A stretch of DNA of 64,000 nt from Podarcis liolepis (Eukaryota): the NCBI GenBank assembly GCA_965112155.1, contig OZ218103.1. One strand, given 5' to 3'. The notes beneath the pieces are model-generated. The model made no database searches. It was given only the letters and a program-made list of their open reading frames with translations, and was not told where the DNA came from. A program made the translations under genes and the position numbers. This document shows, piece by piece, positions 11,906 through 26,300 of the stretch. Each line of letters begins with the position of its first letter. The first letter of the stretch is position 1.

Positions 11906-13630
11906 TGCTGTGGTGACTCTTGATGGCTGACCCTGCCTGGTTCCCTGGAAGACCAGAGCAGGCTCTTACTGGCTTCCAAAGCAAGCCAAATGAGGAAGCT
12001 TTACTTGTGTGTTTGTTGATTGATGTCAAACCCAACTGGTCATAATGGACTTCTCAAGCATCACTTCCTATAACATGGTTGCTATGGTGTTGCTTAGAGA
12101 GGTGTTTAGTGTTGTGGATAAAGAAGGGAGGACCTTCTTATCATGCTTCCAGGAAAGTGTAGTGGAAGATGGGTAAGGACTTAAAATCGTTCCCTTACTC
12201 TCTGAAACTCTAGCTTAAATCAATGACCCATGCTATATGTTCCCTGTATACAAAGGCTGTGGTGCAGGAATTGGATGATGATACACCACACACAGTCAAG
12301 ATAGCTGCCCTTCAGGGTAATGAGGAAAGGAAAGGAGATATTGGTTCACCCTCTAATACGAATGAGCGTAAGTTGTGTATTTGAGGGGTTGATGGTCAGA
12401 GTGTTGCTGCCTAAGGCAAAGGACAAAATGGCAGTTCCCCTCCCCATTCTACTTAAGAGTAGCAATGGAACCGCAGTTCATCACTAACGACGGGGTGGTG
12501 TACTCCACAACAACTGAGGTAGCATGCTAGTTTAGGGGGTGCAAGGACATGCTGTACAGCATATACAGCTCTGTCCTCCAACAAAAGAGAATGGCCGGGG
12601 GGAGGGCTCAGAAGGAACAGCCAAGGGGCTGCTTCCACCACCACCTGCCACCTGAGGTAGTCACCTCACTTTGCCTAATGGTAGGGCCAGCCCTGGTTGT
12701 GTTTGGTATTTTATTTATTTTTCTGCTCTGTGAACTTGGTGTCCATATCCCAAAGATTAACCTAGTGTCCGTGGCTATGGAAACACTCTGATATTCCTGT
12801 AGCAGAAGCAGGAAAAACCCATCTTACTGACAGCAGTGTGAAGAAAGATAAAATAAGCAACAAACGAACTGTTGCCAATGGTTTTCAGACTCACCCGACT
12901 GTCCCCTTTATGGTTTACATACGGCACAAGTAGCTTGAGAACTCAGCTGTGCTTACTCCCAGGCAAGAATTTATAGGACTGAAGTTTTAGAGACACTTCT
13001 GGCTTTTCTGGTGGTCTTTTAAAACTACAAACTGAGCATTATAGATGAAGCTCTCATCTAGCTTCTTTCCAAGATTTCTCAGTCCTTTTTCTTTTACAGT
13101 TCACACTGCTACAAGCTATGGTCAGTAACTGCCAGTTCCTATTATCTTCAGGAAGATGGCTCCTTACACTTGAGATAAAGCCTTTAGTCTGTGGTGATTT
13201 ATCTGGAAAAGACTATGTAAGAATAATAAAAAAGAGCAACGATAATTATGATTAGGCCCATGGTGACTGTAAAAAATCATTATTTGTAAACTAACACTAC
13301 TTAATGACAGATAATATTATTTTTATAAACAAAGAAAATATCCATTTAGAAACAACAAGTAGCATAAAAGCTACTTCAGATTACTTTTTCTGCTACTCAT
13401 TATCAGTTGCTGGTGTTTTCCATATTATTTTTTTAAAAACCCTATAAAGGCAAAATATAAAGATTCAGATTCACAATATTATGTGAATAATATAAGGATA
13501 TTGACTTTTAAGCAAACTCCAGTCCTAACCCTGGATCTGCTAGCTGGCCTGGGGAGCAGCTTGGGATGAATTGGAGGCACCTCTCTCCACGCATGGAAGA
13601 GCTTCACTGGTGAATGAGCACACCTGCTGC

Positions 13631-13631
<1 letters not shown>

Positions 13632-13675
<44 letters not shown>
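13632..13675. repeat. (AAT)n microsatellite
   Basis: Seen directly. Confidence 0.95.
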
Positions 13676-15710
13676 TGACTGTGAACATAGATCTGTTGCT
13701 GGTGGGTTTTTGACCAGCCATCAGTAGGCCCTAACACTGGGCCCGATTCTGGGGGTGGGGCATGATAGTGGTGGCTTTGGATACACTGGATCTAAGCCCC
13801 TTCGTTCCTCAGAGAAGCCCCAGAATAGCCTCCCTCTTCATATGCTTGTGTAACTAATTCTACCCCCTATCTAAGGGGAGGAATACATTTAGTCCTCTCC
13901 TGCCCTGGCCAGCAGAAGTTGGCAGAGCTTTGGAAGAGGCAGTTAATCCACCAGTTCCACCCCACCCCACATAAAATTATGTTGTAAATCCGTTCCGCCA
14001 CCCCAGTTGTTTGTCAGATATAGTTATGGCAAATGCCACACTAATTTCTGAGCATCACATGCCACATAGCCCTGGTCCAGTGCCACTGCATGATGCCCAG
14101 AACCACAGAGTTGGTCTACTCTAAGTAAAACATATCTGATTACCATGTATAAAGACGACCCCGTTTCATATTTTAAAATGGTTTTAAACTCACAATTCTG
14201 GGTGCGGTATTCACTGAGGGTAAGAGTTGCATTAATTATTTTTATCTTGCCATCTTTGAGTGTCTGATGCAAGAGGGCACCAGGGTCACGATGACTGTGC
14301 AGAAATTCATTGTCAACCAACATGGATGCCTTCTAGTGCTGGGAAGGATGCCCCTAGGCCCTGATGGGCGCTAAGCAATATCTGCATTCCTGTATCCAGG
14401 CCTTTTTGTGTAAAAATAGTTTGACATTTTTCTAATGGCCCCCACTGTGATGAAGACTGTGGATTGCAACACCTATGCATGCCTGGGTGCAGCTTGCTGG
14501 TTCAAGGCTGGCCCATGGCATCCAGAAACAGCCTAAAGTTTCCCTAGTTCAGGTTGGGGTTCTAACAGGGTGGGGGCAGCACTACATGGCAGGGTTTGTT
14601 TTTAGCCTGGTTATTCAACTTCCTATTGCAACTGAGGAGGTTGTCACCCTGGATTTGGGTATGTCAGTCCTTGGTGGATTTATTGGGGTGTTGAGTATTC
14701 ACCCTCCCTATGTTATCACTCCTTTCTTTTCATTGCCTATTGCCTAGAAGGAGTATTTCTAACTCTGTGGTAATAATATCGGGAGGAAGATCCTTTCTAT
14801 CTTCATAAAAGCAACCCCAAGCACTCTGGCATGCAGTAGATTTTCCATTTTTTGCTAAACCTGGAAGAAAAGAGCACTTTAAGAACCGTATCTTTCTTGT
14901 TCAGAAAGGTGCTTAATAACGCTTGCATAGAACAAGTTCATATTAACCTCCTTGCTGACAAGACCTTTCCCTGATGAATGAAATGAAGCATTGTGTGATG
15001 GCAGCTGCCAGTCTTGTTATCTCTCCCCTACCATCGCCCCCCCCCCGCATAGTTTTCCCGGCCTTTAAAACCAGGACAGGGAGAAGAGTAGATTGCAATT
15101 CAACATAGCACAGCACTGTCTGTTCCCAGCTAGTCAGTGCAGTGTTAGCCTTGTTTCCTGTGATCAGGGAAGACGTAGCCATGGTGCTGCCTCTGGAAAA
15201 ACAAATGACTAGGCTGATTTGATATTTGTGATGTAGTAAAGCTTTTAAAAAGAAAGCAAGAAAGGGAGCCAAAACGTCGATTAATCAGAGTCTGCAGTGC
15301 TGAATGTAAGTGAACTGCCATAGGTACTTCTTAAACCCAGGCAGTGACGTGGGAGATCCTCTTGGCTGTGACTATTGGATGGCTTCAAAGTGCTGGTTAC
15401 AGCCCTTTCCCAAACATCTTGGGCCCTGCAGACATTACAGAATGTCTTCGCTATATCACCGCTTCCCTCTGATTGTGGGATTGAAGTCTCTTTCATATGC
15501 CATCTTTCCCTAAAGTGAGAACAGTTTGGGCACAGAGAAGAGCTTCATCAGTAGAATCCTTTGCTTGGAGAGACTTACCAGCTCATTTCTCTCTTTTCCT
15601 TCCTCCTATGAAAATACAGTATTTACATTCTCAAAGGATTTTCCTAGTGTCTGAATTGTTGGACATTTAATCTTTTTGGTTGCTGCTTCTTTTCCTTTTT
15701 GTTAGGATTG

Positions 15711-15713
<3 letters not shown>

Positions 15714-15761
<48 letters not shown>
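15714..15761. repeat. (AC)n microsatellite
   Basis: Seen directly. Confidence 0.95.
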
Positions 15762-15763
<2 letters not shown>

Positions 15764-18286
15764 ATTTTACCTGTTTTAATTGTGGTAGGAAGCACCATTT
15801 TGTAACTTGCTTCCTGTACTACTTATTGGAACAGGAAAACACCTAACAAATAAATGCATGCAAATTATGGAGTGGCCACTTAGGATTTCATGGGATGGCA
15901 GCTGCATCCTTGTGGGGAACCAGCCCTCTCTGGTGAGCAGCCATGCATCAAAGCTGACTTTATTGCTCCTTTTTCTTTCCACGCATTTCCATGTGCTGTA
16001 GTTGCCATGCATGGTCAGACTGGTTTTCATCACAAGGCTACTCATGCTGAACTAGGCTACCCAATCAACTGGAAGGGAGGGGGCACATGCCCACCTGGCC
16101 TCTGGTCCAATTGCCAGAATTTGATGCCAGAAATGGTTGTTTAAATGCATGAGAGAATGGAGAAATCAGATTTAAATAATGTCCTGAAGTGAGGCATTAT
16201 TATTTTCATTCAGTGTTCATGATGAACATGAGAAGAGTCCTTAGATCAGACCAAAGGCCTACATAGTCCAGCATCTTAGAGCTGAGCAAATGCCTCTTCC
16301 CATAGATAGAGGTGCCATGCACCAAGATGGCAACCTCTCAGCACTAGGACAGAATTGCTAGATCTTGGAGAGAATGTCAAATCAATAAGAAAGGGGTCAG
16401 TTCCAGAGCTCTATTGTTAAAACGTTAGTGATCAGAAAATACAAATAGGCTGTTTATGTGAATTAAAAAAAAGATAATCATGAGAAGCAGCCTCTGCAGT
16501 GGCAAGCAAAATAAGAACCCATCACCAATCTTTGGCTATCTGCCAAGAATTATTATAATTATTATATATTAAATTTGTATACCGCCCTTCATTTGAAGAT
16601 CACAGGGCGGTTCACAACATAAAGAAGTGCCAAAGTTGCTTGTAAAGGCTGTTTCTCAAAAGAAGCACGACCTACAAAATCATAGCTCAGCTGCTGCTTG
16701 TGTCTACTCCCATTCACACTGTGTGAAACCCAGTTTTTCGAATGTGCAGTTGAATTGTGAATTCAAGAAGGCAGATTTGCCTTCTCTAATTTTTCAAAGG
16801 GGACTTTTTTTAAAAATTGCCCTTGCTTTTGCTGCTATTGACTGATGTTCTGAGGAAGAAAGGGGGGAAGCAATGCCAGCCGTTGTCCTTCTCTGCTTTT
16901 CATTCACCCCCCATCCCATCTTTTCTGGGCTGGCCTGAGAGTTTGGGGAAGCGGCTTCTTTGCCATGACCATCCTCTCCATGCTGCTGCAGCCTCTCAGG
17001 AATGCCATTTGGCTACCAGTAGATCAGGTCAACTTTGTAGCATGCCAACTGTTTGCCTTGCTTGCTGCTACTTGGTTTTGAACTTACCTTCATTCAAGCA
17101 AACCTAGTCCATTTATAAGGCTGCTTGTTGCAACCCTTTGGGCTCCTTAATTTTGTAATTTGTTACACAAAGTGGAATTTCCTACTATATTATGATCAGT
17201 ATAGGAGTGGAAAATATGCACAAAACACAATGTATAGGCAGTATCTAATACCGAGAAGACAAACTATGATAGCCAGTGGTAGATGCTGGAGGTGCAGATT
17301 ACAGAATGCAGACTTCTGCCACTGACAGTTATCTGCATAAAAGATAGCTAAGTTGACAGGATGTGGTGTTCTTAAGGAGGTTCTGCTAGAAATAAAGCAT
17401 GTGTCCCTATGCTCTAGTTTGGGCAACTTTTTTTGTTCACCTTGGTACTTGGTGGCTCATGATGACAGCCATTGTTAACTCAGATCTCAGGAGAAGCTCT
17501 GTTCCATATTCTATTGCTCACACAAGTAAAATCGGAAACTGCAAGGAGTCTAGCTTTTTCCATCTCTACCCCAATACTGTGGAATGTCCTTTTTGAGGAG
17601 ATCCACCTGAGTACTTCCTTGATGTCATTCCACTAACAAATAATAACTTCCTTGTTACTCCTAGAGACTGAGCAGAATTCATGCTGCCACTCAAGTTACT
17701 GTTTGGGAGTATTATCATTTATAGCGGTTATCATTAATTTCAGTTGATTTTAAAATTACTCCACTAAGAGCTGTTTTTAAAACTTATCCTGTGAAAGGCT
17801 CCAGGCTGAGAGTGTGATTTATAGATAGACTTATTTTATAGTGCCAGATGCCCACCCAAAAATATGCTGTGCTTGCATTCATAAAAAGGGTGCAGGCCGA
17901 TGTGCTGCAAAGTTTCTTTTGTTCTAGCAGCAAAGCTACATTGGAGAGGGTAGCAGGAGTGTTTGCTTGGCTCTGTTCTATAGCCGTGCCCAAGATAACT
18001 CTGTTCCTTCCCAGGTGTTATAGATGGCTGCTGCCTCTGCCTGTTTTGTTGCCCCTGTGATACAACTGCCCACCAGAAATCTAGCTAGACAAGATTCTGT
18101 ATTCAGGATCAGGAAGATCAGGAACACATGTGAATAGGTGCTGAATGAAGGAGGAACAGTTAGTTAATCAATTCATTAATTTCATAAAATGTATATATAT
18201 ATACCAGTTGAGGAAAATATTCCTTGTCTTTAATAAATTATTGAAAACTGCTTTTTTATCTCTTGCACTTCCCTTTTGATGTTAAT

Positions 18287-18290
<4 letters not shown>

Positions 18291-18325
<35 letters not shown>
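18291..18325. repeat. (AC)n microsatellite
   Basis: Seen directly. Confidence 0.95.
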
Positions 18326-18326
<1 letters not shown>

Positions 18327-18449
18327 TTGGTACTTTCATCCTTAGGTAGATTACTTCATTGATTTTTTAACTTTTTGCCCTCCTTTCTCCCTTTCCCAGT
18401 TGCAGGCAGAGTCCTGATGTTTTTATTTCTGTAGCATGCCAAGCATATA

Positions 18450-18675
18450 CAGTGGTACCTCGGGATACATATGCTTCAGGTTACAGACTCCACTAACCCA
18501 GAAATAGTGCTTCAGGTTAAGAACTTTGCTTCAGGATGAGAACAGAAATCGTGCTCCGGCAGCGTGGCAGCAGCAGGAAGCCCCATTAGCTAAAGTGGTG
18601 CTTCAGGTTAAGTACAGTTTCAGGTTAAGTACGGACCTCCGGAACAAATTAAGTACTTAAACCAAGGTACCACTG
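18450..18675. mobile_element. Tc1/mariner (Tigger-like) MITE (226 bp)
   Basis: TIRs CAGTGGTACCTCGG / CAGTGGTACCTTGG, TA on both flanks, internal TGCTTCAGGTTA repeats. Confidence 0.9.
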
Positions 18676-20484
18676 TACTAGGCATTTTATAAATGAAAAT
18701 AATTGTGATAAGCAATTTTGATATCTCAAAGCACCATCTGAATGCTAAATACTAAAGTTGTTTTCTGGGTACCTGCTGTCTCCTTTTTCTACATTTCTGT
18801 GTTTCAGCTCAAAAGCAGGAATGATCAAGAGAAAGAACTCAAAATACGAACTCCCCTGTTCTAGAACAAGGCAGTCCCCATTTAAGTTAGGCAAATCCCC
18901 TTTCAGTCTTGTCTAACTCAAGGTCAAACTCTTTCTGTGGAGCTGTGCCCATGAAATGACATATCCATGGCCAAAGAGAGGTTGCCCATAAATCCAAGTG
19001 GATGGGGACTTTCCTGAGCTATAAGTTCAGGTCTGCTTAAATGTAGAGAATGTGAATTCTTTGTGCTCTGCTACCAGTTTTGACTTCATTCTACTCTTTC
19101 TATGCATCCTGATCCTAAGCAAATTTCTTAAATAGCATATATTCTTTGACTGGTATAGTTTGCAAATTCAGGAGTTTTCCTTCCCATAGGCCTAGCCATA
19201 TGCCCATGCCTGGAAGCCGATGGGATAAGCGGAAATTGCTTTTCAACAACAATGATGGTGGGAGCATATTACCTTGCCCATAGATCTCCTCAAATTTCTT
19301 TCATAAGGATTTGGCAGCAGTAAATACCAATAAAAGGGAGCAGGGGAATTAGGATTGGGTCAAAGTTTATTCTTCACACCTCCATAAGATTTCCCCTTAT
19401 TCCTTGCAGAGTTTTCTTACTCCTCTTAAATGAAAGTTTTGATTTGCAGTTTTTACAGAACTATGGGACCATTACAGGGAAGAGCTGCAGAAGGAGGCTC
19501 TAGAAAATAAAATTAGGCAGAAAAAAGAAGGGATGTGATATATTATTGTGGGATGGGGAGGAATGGAATATAATCTTCTCAAGTAGAAGCAAGACTGTAT
19601 TTCATGTTCTATATTTCTAATTCAGACATGAGTGAGCGGGCAGTTTTAGCGTAGAAATTTGCCCTGCTGTTTCCTCCATGAATAATAACTTTGTTCTTGC
19701 TTCCTGATTAGATGTTCCAGATAAATAATAATGGCAGCTATTATACCTATGACTATCTGACAGTATTATATTTCTCAAAATGTCAAATAAGGAGGCAAGA
19801 ACAAAGTTATACTTCAGTGGAAAATTCACAGTATGAACCTGTTCAGACCTAGGAGGACTGAGTGATTATTTTTAAACAACAAAAGAAGTGGAATTCTTAA
19901 AATGCATCTTTTTCTGCATTCCAACAGAGAATGAAATATGAGGGCAATATTCTGCTTACGGTATGTCATGTTATGTTATGTGGGGCATTTTCATTCAACC
20001 ACATGGAATAGAAAAAATATTCAATGAATGTACATAAATTGAAAATGTTATTTTGAGCTCAGATTTTTATTAGAAGCAAGCATCCACGATTCAGCTGAAT
20101 GATAGAAAATAATAAAAGATAAGAGAGCTTTTAAAGAACAAGAACATACTTATGAGTAATATAAATAGCAGTTCTATGAATGAAATCCAAATGGTGCCTT
20201 TGTGCTTATGAAAGGGCTTTTGACCTGGCAGGTGTTGTTGCTAACAGAAGAATGGAGGAATTTTATGCAAGTTTTGCCTTCAACCCCCAGCATCCTGGGC
20301 TTCAGTGCCTAGCAGACAGGAGTGAAGCCCACAGGCTCAGTTCAGTCTACCCGCAGAATAACCTGCCCACGATTGACCAATTTGTGGGCAGACTACAATT
20401 TGTGGGCAGGCTGGGAGGAAAAGGAGGGATCCCAGGTGAGAGCTGGGAGGGACTACTATCCTCCGTAGGTGGTGGGGGCTGAGT

Positions 20485-20487
<3 letters not shown>

Positions 20488-20531
<44 letters not shown>

Positions 20532-20544
20532 CATCATCATCATC
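20488..20544. repeat. (ATT)n(ATC)n compound microsatellite
   Basis: Seen directly. Confidence 0.93.
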
Positions 20545-22974
20545 TGGGTGGGAAGCTAGGACTACAGATCAATGTCAACTTACTTGAAGTAATTTTTAGT
20601 GAATTATGAGACTAAATTCCAAATGAATATGCATAGGATTTGGCTGTGTGGCTTAGATCTTACGTCCACTATAGCCTTACTAGGTAGTGTACAAACAAGT
20701 GGCTTTTTCCTAAGCTTCCATTACCTGACCAGTAACCAAAGGGGTTTGGTATACATAGGCAGGTGTATTACATTTCTCTGTTGCACACAAAATCCAAATG
20801 GAGTGAATGTGACTCACCCCCAAATGGAAGCCACTGGTGTTAAACTAGCAGAGCAATGAGAATCATATGACACCAAAAGTGGGACAGTTGCATTTTGTAG
20901 TGAGAGAGCCACCTCCAGTGCTTGCGGAGTTCTAGAGTTTCAAATATCCTAATGAATTCCAACTCATCAGTTTCTTGCTGAAGACTAAGCTAGTAGCACC
21001 TATCTATAGCAAAAGGCAGAGATTCAAATCTGACTTATATGCTGATTTTTCTTCATTGCCAACATTAACAAAATGTGATTTTAGTCTTAATTTTTCTTTG
21101 GGAAGGTATGGAAAAGTGATTGGGCATCAGATACAACATTTCTACAAGGTGATTTGTTTGGTAGATGAACGAATGAAAATTGCTTGTTCCTGGTTGATAT
21201 GTAGAGTAACTTTTAAAATGCAGAGGGACAAAAAGTGTTTTTTTTTTGGGGGGGGGACCCTGGAAGTAGTAAGATGTTTCAACAGTGGGAGCTTTCCCAT
21301 TGTCCATTATTGCAGAATAGCAAAAATGGGGAATGTGTTGCACTCCAGATTTTGTTGGAAACCAACACTCTCCAGCCCCAACCAGCATGGCCAGTGTTCA
21401 GGTATGGTAGGAGCTGTTGTAGTCCAGCAACACCTGGAGTTCACAGCTTCTGTGTCTCTGCAGTATAGTTTTGTCTGAACATTTACCAACTTTACAGTCT
21501 AGGATCAACTGCACCTGTCTAGGATCAATATGCTAGTTTTTAGCCTCTCTTATACTTACGGGTGTTAATGACTTTTGGTTTGCTTATTTAGTTACTTACC
21601 ATATCTTGTATCTTACCCTTCTTCCAAAATGGAGCACAGAGTGCAGCAACAATCATAAAAGGCCATAAAATAAAATACCAAAAACTGACAAGGCAAGATA
21701 CTGCTGAGGGTGGGGTGGGCAGGCTGGTAATGTTGACAAGCGAGTCTACATACCATACTATGGGATTGCATGTCGTCACAGGCCACTGTAGGCTAGCATA
21801 TGGGGTAGGCAAGAGAATAAATATTGTCACCTTCACTAGCTGAAGGGAGATGCAATTCCATTTGAAGCAGGGAAAACACAACTTGCAAACTGTGGCAGTG
21901 CATATAAACCGGAATGGAGAAAGTCCTAATAAAGCACTTTAAAATGTCAGCTTTCACCAACCTGGTGCCCTCCAGATGTTTTGGGCTACCATGCTGGGGC
22001 TGATGGGAGTTGTGATACAAAACATCTGGAGGGTATCAGCCTGGCAAAGGCTGGGAAATGCGATCTTGGTCTAAGGTACATTTTGCTAAGGAGGTATCAC
22101 AATACATGATAAACAGTTCCAGAGTTTGGATAAATGACAGCATTAATTACCTTGATAGATGCTGAGCCGGAGGGATTTGAGAGGGGAGAATACCGCAGCA
22201 GGAAATCCTAGGCTGCCTTACTTAACAGCATCCACATTACAAGCAAACAGTAGACTCGGTTCAAGCAAAGACTTTTAAGTCTCATTTCAGTGAGATACAT
22301 TTAAATGTGGCCAACTTTCCCATTTAAATGAGACTTGCAGCATAATCTTATACATGTGCACTCTGATGCGATTCCTATGGAATTCGGTGTCTCTTTGCTC
22401 ATTACTACAGTTTCCCCCTAAAAGCTTCACCTATGCTGTATCTTGCATGCTGTAAGGCTTACAGTAGCTGAATAATAGACTGCTGCTAGTTATTATTATA
22501 CTTGTATTTCAGATGGAGGAGGTGGGTAGAGCCTGGAATATGCCCATGTTCCTTCAGTGAGTTCATAGCTAACCAGAGGTTTGAACTGGAGTCTTTGCAG
22601 TTCACGCCAAATGTCCTTTAATGCTTCTGCAGCTGTTACTCAGCTGCCTTGTCAAATCTATGCCTAAGTAAACCCATGTGACATTTCCTGGTATTGTGGA
22701 AGCCCTTATAGTATATAACATGCAGACATGAGCTGAAGTGGCATTTATTTTACATGATTTTCTGGGTCCATTTTGCAAGTGGAAAACCTCTTATTACTTG
22801 ATCAGATAAAGGTACAGCTTCATTCATAGCAGAAACAGCGGCATCAAACTGTAGTGTTGCATCAATTACAGTATTTATAACAAATGTGTATACTTACTGG
22901 GATAGGTATTGTGAGAATATACAGTACATTATAGTGAAATCTATGAAATAATAAAGCAAGTTGAATTTAGAATA

Positions 22975-23370
22975 TTTTTATTTTTATTAAATTGGTATAC
23001 CGCCCTTCATCCAAAGATCACAGGGCACTTCATAACAGAAAAATATAAAACAAGAACAAAACAACAAAAACAACAAACCAATAACCCCCCTCCCACAAAC
23101 ACCTTTAAAAGGCCATAGAATGTTTAATCAGCCAAAGGCCTGATTATAAAGAAACATTTTGCTTGGTGCCTAAAGATATGTAAGGAAGCTGCCAGGCAAG
23201 CCTCTCTGGGGTGAACATTCTGCAAACGGGGAGCCACTGCAGAAAAGGCCTGTTCTTGTGTTGCCACCCTCTAGGCTTCTCATGGATGGGACATACAAAG
23301 AAGGGTCTCAGGTGATGATCACAGGATCCAGGTTGGTTTAGAAACAGAATGGTGGGCCTTGAGATATTGT
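22975..23370 (-). mobile_element. L2-like LINE 3' fragment (degenerate)
   Basis: Antisense tail TTTATTAAATTGGTATACCGCCCTTCAT followed by AAGGCC...GCCAGGCAAGCCTCTCTGGGG...GCCACTGCAGAAAAGGCC; similar remnants near 16560-16620, 31790-32150 and 57370-57480. Confidence 0.55.
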
Positions 23371-26300
23371 CTCTGAGATCCTCAAAGAGCTAAAGGAAAC
23401 TTCATTGACATGGACGATAATACATGGTTTTATAGCATACACACACCACAAAACACACACACTGCAGGTGAAGATACAATGCAAATTGTGATATGTATTT
23501 TCCAATAAAATCTGGATGGCATTTTATAACTGAACAGGCATTGTGGATTCTTAGAACTGGATTACTTTCAAAGGGTCTCCCTAATAATACAATACTATTA
23601 GCAGTACAACAATAGTACAGATACTTTAGCATGAGGTTGGCATACTTGCAGATAATAGCTAAATTGTATAGAAACCAATAGTAGTCATGGATTTATGGCT
23701 AGAAAATGGGTGACAAGATCCATAGATTTTTAACAAGGCCTCATCAACCTTGTTAAGTTCTCCCACCCCCACAAAACACAACCAACTACCAACAGAATGG
23801 AGGGACCATTTACATGACATGGTTTTATTTAATAACTTTGCAGTAAATACCTGCTTTTGTATTATATGTTCTTGTATCTCAAAAGCCAGTGGAAAGACAA
23901 ATAGCTTTGGCCCTTAAGAAGGGATGTCTCAAATTTAATAATATAATTTATGTAGTATTTAAACAGCAAGGATAGCACGCCCCTTAAATGTCATGTCATA
24001 TTTCTTTTGATTATTTTTTTGGGGGGGAAGTGCTATAAAATTTACAATACTCTTTGATTATATACAGTAATAGAGTGGGTGGGTGAACCAGAGACTACAA
24101 CATTCAGGCTATCCTATCACTGAGTGTAGTAAAAATATCAATATTGTGCTGTGTCAATAGCCTCACAGTGCACCAACAAGGCTCTTTCCATCCTTATGTA
24201 GGACACAAATTACTTTGTTCTTTGCCTAACAGCTTAGTAGCTTCCCCTCGTCATATCTTATTAAATTATTGTGTCTCTGTTTGGTTTCAAAATTGCTTTG
24301 TTGTTTTAGTAATGGTGCCAGATATTTTCAAAAGAATGATCTAGTGATTTTTGTCTGAAATGCTTCTCAGTCCAGTGATATTCCATAAACAAACTATAGA
24401 CTATTCATTATGAACTTTCAAATCAGAGTTGATATTTATAAAATTGATGCCTTATGGGTGGTATATATTTGGAGTGTGGTAACCTCACAGGAACTGTCTG
24501 ATGTGTCTTTGTGATGTTCTGTATGATCAGTTACATTGCATCTGTATTGCGTGTAGCTATAATTCTGAGATCTCTATATCTGTGAGCCTTGATATCCAAC
24601 CTGGTTAGCCTTCCATTGACCTCTGTTTCCAGATAACTCTGTTCTGATCTATATTTCTGAGCCATGGGTCTGTTAAAGCAGTGCGATAGCAAGGCCATTG
24701 TCTCACTCCAGCACTTCTAAGCATTTTTCCTTTCGTCCCCACTGTGTGACATCTGCAATTCTACTTGTAAATGAGTTCTATAAAATATTAATGAACATAT
24801 CAGATTGTCATGCCAGCCATTCAACTTCTATTTGCAGTATTCTGCAAAGCAGCTTTGTAAAAAATGAAGTAAAAAATGAAATGGGGCACAAATTCTCTTT
24901 CTCTCCCTCTCTCTATATATACATGATAGAACTACAGTTGTCTATGGTGCACATTCCTTTTTTTGTCCTGCTGTCATTTCTTACGAATTTTATTTCGGAA
25001 GTATTATAGTATTCTTGGACTACATATAGTAATGGGTTGGGTTTGTGAACCAAAGACCCGGATTATAGAACTTCCTCCCAAATGACATTTGGTTATCTTC
25101 TGCGTTGTCCTCATTTAGATGCAAGGTGAAAATCCCTGTTGCTGGGTTAGAGGGAGCGGCCTCTGGGTGCACATTGCAGTTCCCTTCTCCTCCTCCAACA
25201 ATTAAATATATTTAAGAGGTCAGTAAAGTATGGTCTTACTTAACTGTATACTTAATCTAAATCGAGGCACTTCCATGCCATTTGAGAAAGGAGAAAATTA
25301 AAATTCAGGAAATGTCAGAAGATGCCAGTGTTACTATTTCTGATTCATACATTACATCTTATTGAAGCTTCTAAACAAGGTTAACACTTTTCTGGTTAAA
25401 AAATAGCCTTCTTGACATGTTACACATTTCTTATGTTGCCTTAAGGACAGAAAGAAATGTGCAGGGGCAAACTTTGGTCTTCTATATTTCAGCAACACCC
25501 TGTGTGAGACAAAAATCCCCCCTCCCCGCCTCTTGCCTTCCATCTGCTTAATTCACAGTTGCGGTACCCTGCAGCGCCCCCTAGGTTTGACGCCCAGTGC
25601 AATGGAACTGATCACACTGTCCTAAATCCGTCTCTGAAATACGTGTCTCTATGATAGCAGCTCCTAGTAGCAAGCTTCTTTTTTCTGGTATTTTTCTGGT
25701 TGTGTAAGGAACAAATAGGTTGAATGGAAAATAGTCTAAAAGAAAATCTAGCCAATAATTAATAATTAATAGAAGTATGGTAATTCTTTTCATTACGGCT
25801 AACAATATATTCTTTCCTCATATTCAAAATGTTAATCCTGTATTCTCTGCAGATTATTTATGCAAAATAGTGTTTAATTATTGCAAAAGCCAGATCCCTT
25901 TGCTTTTGACAATGCAAAGTGATGTTTTTCTTTCTGTCAGGGTTTGTTGCTAAAAATAATTAAATTACTACTTACCCCCCTTTCCTACCCTTTGGTTTTA
26001 AAAAAATCAAAATTTTAAAAATGCACAACATTTTGACTTATTTCTTTGGGTTAATGTAACAGAAGTTTCAATCACTTATTTTAAGAAATTTTGGTAACTT
26101 GATCAAATGCTAGAGGAAGTTTCTAGTATCAAGTCAAATCCTCTCCTGCTAAAAACACCAATGCAACAAATTTCCCAGTTAATTAATTAATATTGCAGGA
26201 ATTGCATGTCTCTCAACTAAAAGTGAATTAAAGCTAGTCAGTTTGAAAGAGAGCTGTAAGAGAATAGAGGTAGAAACACATTACTTTTGCTCTAGTCAAA

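Noticed and set aside
20975-21478. 167-aa ORF
   Set aside because: Non-ATG start, non-protein-like composition, overlaps a MITE remnant
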